Source of the DNA: Bacteroidales bacterium
GTDB taxonomy: Bacteria; Bacteroidota; Bacteroidia; Bacteroidales; VadinHA17
Assembly (NCBI GenBank): GCA_963662685.1
Contig: OY759745.1
Coordinates: 2,777,236 to 2,841,235, forward strand
Length of the DNA stretch: 64,000 nt
Reading direction: 5' to 3'
Shown here one piece after another: positions 56,385 through 64,000 of this stretch. Within the stretch, counting starts at the first letter, position 1, and every line of letters starts with the position of its first letter. The notes under the pieces are model-generated. The model ran no database searches, had not been told where the DNA came from, and saw only the letters and a program-made list of their open reading frames with translations. Both the position numbers and the translations under genes were made by a program.

Positions 56385-57482
56385 CTATTTGAAAATTTTA
56401 TCAAATTCTGATTTTGTTGCAACAAACGAATAATTGTTCAAAAACAATTCTCGAACCTCAGGAATAAATGTCTCAAATTCAAGATTATTCAAAGTGTCAA
56501 TGAATTCTTGAGTTGTATTGCATTCATGAATAAATTTATTCCTTTCATACCCTTGCAACGATTCTGTTGTAGCAATAATTTGCTTTCCATACATCATTGC
56601 TTCTGCAATTTTAACTTTCATTCCACCTCCATCAAAAATCGGAGCTATAACAACGTGAGCCTCTCTATAGAACGATTCCAAAGAGTCTACGCTACTAAAC
56701 ACTTTAATATTTTCAGTCTCATTTATAGCAATTTTGTTCATTTCACGTCCAACTACAGATAGATTGGCTTCGACATAAGGCATAACATTGTTGATGAACC
56801 ATAAAATACCGACCCTATTGGGGAAGAAATTACTGCCAACAAACAAAATATTAAGTTTTGAGGATGCCTCTACCTGACTACTAAACCTTGAATCTACCTC
56901 ATATGTGTCTTCTATAGAAATAGGGATATTAAAAATATTTCCTTTTTTTGAGTATAACTTACTAATTAAGTCCTCATCTCTTTTATTCAATGTAATAATC
57001 TTATCTGAGTGTTTAATTGTGAGTTTTTCATTAAAATAGCATGAATAAAGTCTTGGCAATAAGTACCATGCCCCATTCCTGATGTTGTACAAATTAAACT
57101 GGAATTCACAATTATGAAAAAATGCGACTATTTTTACATTCGTTCTTCTATGTAGACGTTTTATTAAAGTTCCATTAATTGAAGAATCCACAAAAACGGT
57201 ACTAATATTGTTACTCAACACCTTTTCTAAAATATATCTTTCTATCTTAAAAGTAGCCCCATTTATCCTTATAAAAACCGTTCTTATTACTGCTCCAATA
57301 ATGGCTTTAAGAGAATTATAAAATCCTTTTTTTAAAATGAACGGTTGCAATACAAATACCTCAACATTATTTGAACCAAATATCTGTTTTAGAGTATCTA
57401 AATTCCTTCTTGAACAAACCCATCCTCCATTTTTGCTACTGGCTATGTTGCTTGATACAAATAAAACTTTCTTATTTGACAT
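56385..57482 (-). CDS. GT-B glycosyltransferase (GT4-like)
   Basis: 365 aa with C-terminal motif APIFDGGGMKVKIAEAMMYGKQIIATTESLQGY. Confidence 0.75.
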   Translation of the reverse strand: MSNKKVLFVSSNIASSKNGGWVCSRRNLDTLKQIFGSNNVEVFVLQPFILKKGFYNSLKAIIGAVIRTVFIRINGATFKIERYILEKVLSNNISTVFVDSSINGTLIKRLHRRTNVKIVAFFHNCEFQFNLYNIRNGAWYLLPRLYSCYFNEKLTIKHSDKIITLNKRDEDLISKLYSKKGNIFNIPISIEDTYEVDSRFSSQVEASSKLNILFVGSNFFPNRVGILWFINNVMPYVEANLSVVGREMNKIAINETENIKVFSSVDSLESFYREAHVVIAPIFDGGGMKVKIAEAMMYGKQIIATTESLQGYERNKFIHECNTTQEFIDTLNNLEFETFIPEVRELFLNNYSFVATKSEFDKIFK

Positions 57483-57489
57483 GACTTTT

Positions 57490-58614
57490 TTACAACTCTA
57501 AAATTTGTCTTTTTAAAACTTCCAAAAAGCTTTTTCCAAAACGCAAATCAGGCTCTATATAATTTCCTTCCCCCCACTCATTCCAAGATTTTAAAAATAC
57601 AATTCTATCTTCAAACGGCTTATTAGAAATATTATCTAATACATTTTTGACATGTTTCTCAAATAAATCAGGCGTAAAATTTGTCATTATTGACCCCTCT
57701 TTGCCACTTCTAGGAGAATGATCCCAACCAGATATAATTGAAGGAACTACATCAGCATTCTTATCAAACTCATTTGAGAAATAAGGTATATGTTTTTTAT
57801 ATGGGTAAACCAAAGGCAATTTCCGAAACCATTTATTTAATTTGGAAATTAACTTATTAATCAAAGATCGATTTTCTAAAAATGCGGTAAGTCTAACATA
57901 AATTACTTTATCAAACCCTTTACCCTTTAACAATTCAAAGCTTTCAGATTCTGTCTTACATCCAAAATCGATTGGAGAGGGATGATGCGCCACAAAACAA
58001 ATTCCTTCTAACCCATTTTGCTTTGCAAGTGAATTCCATTTTTCGATAAATCCCTCAATATTTTTCATTAAATTAGGTTTATAAATGACAAAAATAGGTT
58101 TGTCCTTGTATCTTATATATCTTGAATCATTAAATGCCTTTAAGACATAGTAAAAATGAGCTTCAATATCATCTTCGCCCGGATATTCTTGTTCAATTAA
58201 AGTATTTCTATTTTTCAATCCGTGCTGAAATCCCTTCCATGATTCATTTGCCCATGCCAAACAAAAAGGAAAATCTGGCTTTCCTGATTCTAAAACTTTA
58301 TTGAAAGGCATTTCTAGTAATTGCTTTCCATTTCCAAACCAATAGTGCCAATAGCAGAAACCTTCAATTCCTGCTTCCTGTGCCATTCTAGCTTGAGCTT
58401 CCTGCACTTCAGGAACTCGTAAATCGTAATACCCTAGGTCAGCAGGCACACGTGGTTGATAATGTCCCTTAAATAAAGGTTTTGCGTTACCTACATTAGT
58501 CCACTCAGTAAAACCTTTGCCCCACCATTCATCATTTTCCGGAATTGGGTGAAACTGAGGGAGGTAAAAAGCTAACATCCTAACTCTCCTTTTATTTATA
58601 TTCTCTTGAACCAT
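57490..58614 (-). CDS. WbsX-family (GH99-like domain) polysaccharide biosynthesis protein
   Basis: 374 aa with MLAFYLPQFHPIPENDEWWGKGFTEWTNV and FLKSWNEWGEGNYIEPD. Confidence 0.8.
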   Translation of the reverse strand: MVQENINKRRVRMLAFYLPQFHPIPENDEWWGKGFTEWTNVGNAKPLFKGHYQPRVPADLGYYDLRVPEVQEAQARMAQEAGIEGFCYWHYWFGNGKQLLEMPFNKVLESGKPDFPFCLAWANESWKGFQHGLKNRNTLIEQEYPGEDDIEAHFYYVLKAFNDSRYIRYKDKPIFVIYKPNLMKNIEGFIEKWNSLAKQNGLEGICFVAHHPSPIDFGCKTESESFELLKGKGFDKVIYVRLTAFLENRSLINKLISKLNKWFRKLPLVYPYKKHIPYFSNEFDKNADVVPSIISGWDHSPRSGKEGSIMTNFTPDLFEKHVKNVLDNISNKPFEDRIVFLKSWNEWGEGNYIEPDLRFGKSFLEVLKRQILEL

Positions 58615-58616
58615 AC

Positions 58617-59195
58617 TTATAAAGACTTTATTACTTTAGCAGGATTTCCAACAGCAATAGAATTTTTTGGAATATTTTTAGTAACTACCGAATTTGCTCC
58701 AATTATTGAATTACTACCAATAGTAACATTTGGGAGAATAGTCGCTTTATCCCCTATCCATACATTATCTTCAATATTAACCGCTCCTTTAGATACTAAT
58801 TCCCTATCTGCAGGGGCTTTCACTAACGCTTTTAAATCGAAATTTCCATGTGAATTATCGGTAATAGTGATTTTCTTACCTAACAATACTCCATTTCCTA
58901 TTGAGATATTATTTATTGCCGTAATATGACAATCTTCTCCAATCCACACATTATTTCCAATGGTTATTTTTGGAAAGAATTTCTGCCCTCGATACTCTGA
59001 CCATGCTGATAAAATTGTCCGTTTACCTATACCACACCCTTCTCCAAAATAAATGAACCTCCCCCCAATCAAATCAATATAAGGAAATACTGTAAAACCT
59101 CTGCCAACCTTATTTATTCTGTATGATATAAATAAAGAATATATCTTAGTTAGTCCTTTGCTGAAAAATTCTAAAGAGAAACGGTACTTATTCAC
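58617..59195 (-). CDS. Hexapeptide-repeat (LbH) O-acyltransferase
   Basis: 192 aa with repeated [LIV]G motifs (ITIGNNVWIGEDCHI, IEDNVWIGDKATILPNVTIGSNSIIGANSVV). Confidence 0.85.
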   Translation of the reverse strand: MNKYRFSLEFFSKGLTKIYSLFISYRINKVGRGFTVFPYIDLIGGRFIYFGEGCGIGKRTILSAWSEYRGQKFFPKITIGNNVWIGEDCHITAINNISIGNGVLLGKKITITDNSHGNFDLKALVKAPADRELVSKGAVNIEDNVWIGDKATILPNVTIGSNSIIGANSVVTKNIPKNSIAVGNPAKVIKSL

Positions 59196-59267
59196 AATTC
59201 TTATTTAAGGGTTTTTCATATAAAAGTTGCCATTTATATTTAAAATTTTACTAATAGAAGTAAAACT

Positions 59268-59863
59268 TTAAATTGGTATAAATACCCACAGAATTCTATA
59301 GGGAGGTACATTTTTATAGACTAAACTATTCGCCCCAACAACAGAACATTTTCCAATAGTCACGTTCGACAATATTGTAGCTGTATCACCAATCCATACA
59401 TTATCCTCTATTATCACTGGACCCTTAGTTCTATCAATAGGCGCAATATCCATCTCTTTAAAAATAACAGCTCCATGAGAATTATCTGTAATTATAACCT
59501 TTTTTCCCATTAACACGTTCTTACCAATAAGGCTTTCATTAATTGAGTTTATATAAAAATCATCACCAATGTTAACATTATCGTCAATAATTATTCTATG
59601 TACATATTTACCAGTTTCCCAGACTGTTAAAATACCTCTCTTTCCTAAAGTCACTTTATTGCCTATTGTTATATGACTACCATTTTAAGTATCAAATTTT
59701 TATATACAATGCTATTAAACCCAATGGCGCAGAAATTGCGAGCGATCCATTAAGTGTAAATGATGCATGTAAAATATTCCAGTTTTCTCACAAATGAGTA
59801 TGAAGTCACCCATGAAACCACAGAGATAATTTTATAAATTGTTCTTTTTAAAGCGCTTTTCAT
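59268..59863 (-). pseudogene. Decayed tandem paralog of the hexapeptide acyltransferase
   Basis: An operon-style ATG at 59863 lies 4 nt after the upstream stop and gives MKSALKRTIYKIISVVSWVTSYSFVRKLEYFTCIIYT, then a TAA at 59750..59752. The LbH core (NVNIGDDFYI...IIEDNVWIGDTATILSNVTIGKCSVVGANSLV) continues in another frame as ORF 59268..59654. The C-terminus has diverged. Confidence 0.65.
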
Positions 59864-59867
59864 ACCA

Positions 59868-61376
59868 TTAAACTATTTTTTTAGTAAAAAGTATATTACG
59901 AAAGCTGAATATTGATCTAAAAACAAATAGTATGGCCACAAGAGGGAAAAGATATAAAACCTTAAGTCTATATTTTGACAGTAAAAACCTCATTGCATTG
60001 TTTTGAAATTTGTTTTCGATTTCAACATATAATTCAGCAAACGACTTATAATCAATACTATTATCTATATTATACCTCCTAATTGAATGAGAATTGTTGA
60101 GTAAATAACCCAACTCCGCTGCAAATTGATCTTTGGTAATAACACAATCTTTCAGTTCTTTTCCAGATTCTAAACGATAATCTTTGCTATTACATAATTT
60201 GTTAGCTTCAGCATAATATTCACTCATATCATCAAAAGTAACTTGAATCTTTTTATTATGGCATATAATTTCTTCAAGATAATTATTTTTATATTTTGGA
60301 TCTGTAAAAGATAAAATGGGTTTTCCATTTACCGCAGCATATTGAGACATTAAACCGCCACAAAAAGGATATGTACCGATGAATATGTCACAATTTTTAA
60401 TAACTTCATTTATGTCGGAACGATTGCCAAGTAGGAAAATCCTTTCAGATAGTTTGTTCTCATTAATAAACTTATAAAAATATTCCATATTACCATCTCC
60501 CGCAAAAAGAAATATTGTCGCAGGATTATTATCTAAAATCTTTTTGATTATTTCAAAAAATTTTCCGCCCTCACCATAGATCTTATATACGGCTCCACCA
60601 GAAAATAAAACTGTTTTTCCTTCAGTAATTGAAGGAAAACCCAAAAATTTGGATTCATTTTCAAAAATTATCGGGTAATATGGGAGCATGAGTATCTGAT
60701 CTGGGGTCAAGCCTCTTTTCAAGACAGATAGTGAGGCGCCATAATCACGAAATTCAATATTAAAATCTACTATGGAGGAACCCGCCCAGTAGGCATGATC
60801 TGTAAGATTTATGTTAAATTTAACTAATTTATCCAAAGCAGAGAATACCACTAATGCCTCCATTGACCAAGGAGCCAGATGCAATAATGCTCTATGTGGC
60901 CTATAACTAACAACCTTATTGTATAATGTTTGTATTTTATCAAATGCAGATAAAGATTTATCCAAAACATATATTTCAACATCGTCAAAGCTATTTAACT
61001 CATATAAAATCGACGCACATTTACTCTCATCCTTATCCTCAAAAATGTAAAGGAAAGGTATTCCTAATTTATTTAATGCCCTTATATACTGTTGAGTCAG
61101 TCCTCTATTATCGTACCCAAAGCTATCATAAAAAAGAATTGTTTCCCGTGTTTTAAAATCATTTTTATCGTGGGGTAATACTATCCCAGAAATCTCTCTT
61201 ATCAAAAGTTCTGTATCATCATTTTTATAAAACAGGTTAAAGTAATAGGCTAAAGTGGCAGCATTTCTTAATTCAAAGCAGGCTTTGTTAACATCTTGCC
61301 GTTTCACCCTACTTTTGGCTCTTTTTATAATTCGATTGTAATACTTTATTACGTTTCTTTCAGAAATCCTATGCAT
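59868..61376 (-). CDS. Hypothetical glycan-locus protein with GT-B / GT41 (SPINDLY-type)-like layout and a C-terminal TM helix
   Basis: 502 aa. The C-terminal half (GKTVLFSGGAVYKIYGEGGKFFEIIKKILDNNPATIFLFAGDG...ERIFLLGNRSD...CDIFIGTYPFCGGLMSQYAAVNGKPILSF) mirrors the GT41 catalytic-lobe pattern. Assigned from remembered motifs only. Confidence 0.4.
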   Translation of the reverse strand: MHRISERNVIKYYNRIIKRAKSRVKRQDVNKACFELRNAATLAYYFNLFYKNDDTELLIREISGIVLPHDKNDFKTRETILFYDSFGYDNRGLTQQYIRALNKLGIPFLYIFEDKDESKCASILYELNSFDDVEIYVLDKSLSAFDKIQTLYNKVVSYRPHRALLHLAPWSMEALVVFSALDKLVKFNINLTDHAYWAGSSIVDFNIEFRDYGASLSVLKRGLTPDQILMLPYYPIIFENESKFLGFPSITEGKTVLFSGGAVYKIYGEGGKFFEIIKKILDNNPATIFLFAGDGNMEYFYKFINENKLSERIFLLGNRSDINEVIKNCDIFIGTYPFCGGLMSQYAAVNGKPILSFTDPKYKNNYLEEIICHNKKIQVTFDDMSEYYAEANKLCNSKDYRLESGKELKDCVITKDQFAAELGYLLNNSHSIRRYNIDNSIDYKSFAELYVEIENKFQNNAMRFLLSKYRLKVLYLFPLVAILFVFRSIFSFRNILFTKKIV

Positions 61377-62856
61377 TACGTTTTAATATTTTTTTAATAA
61401 TATGCGCTATACTAACAATCTTGTTCATAGAATACAAACTATAACCAAATACAATACAAATGATTACGCTCACCAATACTCCTTTTATAACTCCATGAAA
61501 AGTTCTAACGACTACAAACAACAATAATGACAAAAACGCAAACAATAGTATATATTTAGTATTGATGCTTGAGAATGTAAAATCATAGTATCTTCTGGTT
61601 ATTAAAAACACTAAAACAAATTTAGCCGCAGTAGCGAACACATAAGCTATACCCAAAATCTCAAATCCATACCTTCTCCAACCAAAATATATCAATAAGA
61701 AGTAGACAATACTCCAAAAAGCATCAGTTATTACAGAAAACTTTCCATCGCCATAAGCAAGGAAAAGCACCCCTAACGGCCAAACCATAAATGTTAGCAA
61801 CACTCCTATCATGTGCCATTGTAATAAAGATGTCGCATACACAAAATCTGAACTATATAGGATGGATAATATGAATCGTGCTAATACCATTATAACCACA
61901 ACCATAATACTTCCAATAAGAAGAGCCAATTCAAGTTGTTGATTCACAAGACTTGTAGAACTTTTCTTGTCAATTTTAGCTGCACATAGCCTAGGAAAAA
62001 AATCCGCAAGCATAGCATTCAAAACAACACTTAGGTATACATTTGTAATAGAAAAAACAGATTGGAAATAACCCACTGCATCCGCACCCATTTGTTTATT
62101 AATATATGAACGTACTATATACATTGTTGCCACGCTCAAAAAACTAGAAATCACCATAAAAAAGCCCAGCTTAACCATAGATAAGCCCTCATAAAAAGTT
62201 CTAATCAATGATAGGTCTGGCTTTTTTATTTCAATTTTATGAACATTAAACCAAGATACAACTAGTGAACCCAATGCCGAAATAACTATTGCGGGTACTA
62301 TTCCTTTAATACCGAATTTCCAATATATTGGAATAACAATCAGGGTACCAACAATAGCCGACAATGCCGATACCTTGGCCATTTTTTTTATCATCCTAAG
62401 GCCCTGCAATAAGGCTACTTGTCCCAGATTAACACTTGTAAACAGAATAGATAAAGATGAAATAGCGATACTCAAAGCATATTGTGGAGAATCAAAAGAA
62501 TAATTACTCAACGGCACACACAGCAAAACAGTAACCAAGACCCCCAACAAACCTGTAAATATAGCCCAACGTCTCAATGTAAATATAGCAATAGAAATAC
62601 GAGCACTATCTCCTGTATCATGAGCTTCCGCAACATCTTTTACTCCACTATAATTTATTCCCAAACCGGTTGCGTTTCTTACCATGTCTATGATAGATTG
62701 AAACAACCCCATTAGTCCAATACCAGTAGGGCCTAATAAAATTGCAATAACCTTAGTTTTAACCAAACCAGTTAAAATCACAAAAACCTGAGTACCTCCA
62801 ATTATACTAGTTGACTTTAATAAGCCCTTTTTTATATTGTTGTCACCATCATTCAT
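61369..62856 (-). CDS. wzx: Wzx-type oligosaccharide flippase (MOP superfamily)
   Basis: 495 aa, about 12-14 TM, with typical polysaccharide-biosynthesis-protein N-terminus (GLLKSTSIIGGTQVFVILTGLVKTKVIAILLGPTGIG). Confidence 0.82.
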   Translation of the reverse strand: MNDGDNNIKKGLLKSTSIIGGTQVFVILTGLVKTKVIAILLGPTGIGLMGLFQSIIDMVRNATGLGINYSGVKDVAEAHDTGDSARISIAIFTLRRWAIFTGLLGVLVTVLLCVPLSNYSFDSPQYALSIAISSLSILFTSVNLGQVALLQGLRMIKKMAKVSALSAIVGTLIVIPIYWKFGIKGIVPAIVISALGSLVVSWFNVHKIEIKKPDLSLIRTFYEGLSMVKLGFFMVISSFLSVATMYIVRSYINKQMGADAVGYFQSVFSITNVYLSVVLNAMLADFFPRLCAAKIDKKSSTSLVNQQLELALLIGSIMVVVIMVLARFILSILYSSDFVYATSLLQWHMIGVLLTFMVWPLGVLFLAYGDGKFSVITDAFWSIVYFLLIYFGWRRYGFEILGIAYVFATAAKFVLVFLITRRYYDFTFSSINTKYILLFAFLSLLLFVVVRTFHGVIKGVLVSVIICIVFGYSLYSMNKIVSIAHIIKKILKRNA

Positions 62857-63808
62857 TGAACAGAAGCTTAAGTCTCACAATAAACCTAAATATAGCATAA
62901 TCAGAAGATGTATTGTTTTGTTCGTGTAAATAAAAAAGATCTAAATCTCGTATATGATTGTTTACGTCACCTCGTTTTACTTTGGCATCCATATAACTAT
63001 AAAATGACTTACTCCAATAGTGATTAATCTGAATCGAATGATTCTTGTTTTTCTTTGTCTCATGTATCTGGTTCCACTTTATAAATTTTCTAAATTCATT
63101 AATCGAAGGAATTTTAATCGATCGATTAAAAATTTTAAACTTAGCATATATATGATGATGATAAATTTCAGCGAAATCCCATTCAGTATTCACGATCACC
63201 TTACCAATTGAATCTAGTTTATCCCAACAAACTGTATATTGCTCCGTAACTAACTTATTATAATCATGTTTCATTTTACCCGAAGTCCCAAACATTTTCC
63301 AATACACAACTACTGAAGGATAATTTTCATATTGTTTTATCCATTCCTTTATATCTATCTGGATAATGGGGCAAAAAAATTCATCAATATCAATAAAAGA
63401 GACCCATTGCGTTGAATCTCTATAATATTGCCAGAAATGATTATATGCGGGAAATTGTCCTAATGATATCGGCCAGTCTATTAGTGTAACTATCTCTTTT
63501 TCAATATATGGCTTTAGAATTTGGAGATAACTGTCGCTACTAAAATTATTATATAAATAAAAATGATCTACACCCACCAACCTGTTTAGTTCAATCCATT
63601 CTCTCAAAAAGGGAGCTTCATTCTTAAAAATGGAGCAAATAACAAAAGTATATTTTTTTGTACCAATATTAACCGGTTTATGTAAGTATATGCAGCATCT
63701 ATAAAAACAATTCAGTATTGGCATCAAAACACATTTTATATAATATTTGATATTGCATACTACTGGAACATCATATATGAAATGCTCATCCCGTTTTTTA
63801 ATCCTCAT
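62849..63808 (-). CDS. Glycosyltransferase family 92 (DUF23-type)
   Basis: 319 aa with CSIFKNEAPFLREWIELNRLVGVDHFYLYNNFSSD and FIDIDEFF. Confidence 0.7.
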   Translation of the reverse strand: MRIKKRDEHFIYDVPVVCNIKYYIKCVLMPILNCFYRCCIYLHKPVNIGTKKYTFVICSIFKNEAPFLREWIELNRLVGVDHFYLYNNFSSDSYLQILKPYIEKEIVTLIDWPISLGQFPAYNHFWQYYRDSTQWVSFIDIDEFFCPIIQIDIKEWIKQYENYPSVVVYWKMFGTSGKMKHDYNKLVTEQYTVCWDKLDSIGKVIVNTEWDFAEIYHHHIYAKFKIFNRSIKIPSINEFRKFIKWNQIHETKKNKNHSIQINHYWSKSFYSYMDAKVKRGDVNNHIRDLDLFYLHEQNNTSSDYAIFRFIVRLKLLFNE

Positions 63809-63809
63809 G

Positions 63810-64000
63810 TCAACAAAATTTAGATATCATCCGAGATATATAAACAATCTCATTGCCCGTTATGACTTGGCTAAGCGGCAGACTCAATTCTTCCCGATGG
63901 ATTTGTTCTGTAACAGGAAAAGAAAGGTGATTATACTGAGGATAGCACCTCTGTTTATGAGGAGGAATTGGATAATGAATCAACGTCTGCACTCCATTGT
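63810..64000 (-). CDS. DegT/DnrJ/EryC1/StrS-family sugar aminotransferase, C-terminal part (gene continues beyond the right edge)
   Basis: ...NGVQTLIHYPIPPHKQRCYPQY...FPVTEQIHREELSLPL is the typical C-terminal pattern. The frame is open to the window end. Confidence 0.72.
   Translation of the reverse strand, partial: NGVQTLIHYPIPPHKQRCYPQYNHLSFPVTEQIHREELSLPLSQVITGNEIVYISRMISKFC

Noticed and set aside
1-64000. Search for defence or other accessory systems (restriction-modification, toxin-antitoxin pairs, CBASS/retron/Abi-type genes, integrases, phage genes, tRNA or rRNA genes)
   Set aside because: None of the translated ORFs shows nuclease, methylase, reverse-transcriptase, cyclase, STAND-NTPase or tyrosine/serine-recombinase signatures. 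The only mobile DNA is the IS nest, which carries no cargo. The Arc-like gene has no adjacent toxin-like partner.

Overview
This 64-kb chromosomal window has the gene content, synteny and promoter motifs of a Bacteroidota genome. All functional calls come from reading the translated ORFs and recalling family signatures; no database search was run. I found no clear-cut novel multi-gene system, and no rRNA, tRNA, CRISPR array, prophage or recognisable defence system. Positions 1-44.3 kb are mostly conserved housekeeping genes: mutS2 (partial, missing from the ORF track), malic enzyme, lepB, dapB, a CBS protein with nadK, the uppS-bamA-ompH-ompH-(TonB receptor)-murI envelope block, bamD-rpoZ-coaBC-DUF4835-recN, an ECF sigma/anti-sigma/DUF4097 module, rocD and trmD. 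This part also holds two separate phenylacetate-CoA-ligase-family modules: one with an ACT protein and an aminotransferase, the other with a porin, a Na+/solute symporter and a 40-codon accessory ORF missing from the ORF track. An SPFH / two small membrane proteins / Arc-RHH cluster sits at 37.1-39.5 kb. Positions 45-64 kb are a visibly AT-richer, all-minus-strand Wzx/Wzy-type surface-glycan locus: DegT aminotransferase, GT92, Wzx, a GT41-like protein, two hexapeptide acyltransferases (one decayed), WbsX, two GT4, EpsG, a Wzy_C/O-antigen-ligase-like protein and two GT2. That locus is split at about 46.9-52.3 kb by a roughly 5.4-kb nest of at least seven insertion-sequence pieces: IS4-like, IS5-like, IS1634-like, two IS21-like, one unidentified end, and two apparently intact IS3-family copies. 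The best candidates for undescribed biology are: (1) the 1156-aa sensor/receiver-fused PPDK_N (ATP-grasp) protein at 15.3-18.8 kb; (2) the SPFH / PH-like / Arc cluster with its paired TGATATCA operator-like sites; (3) the Wzy_C protein with an extra C-terminal beta-rich domain.
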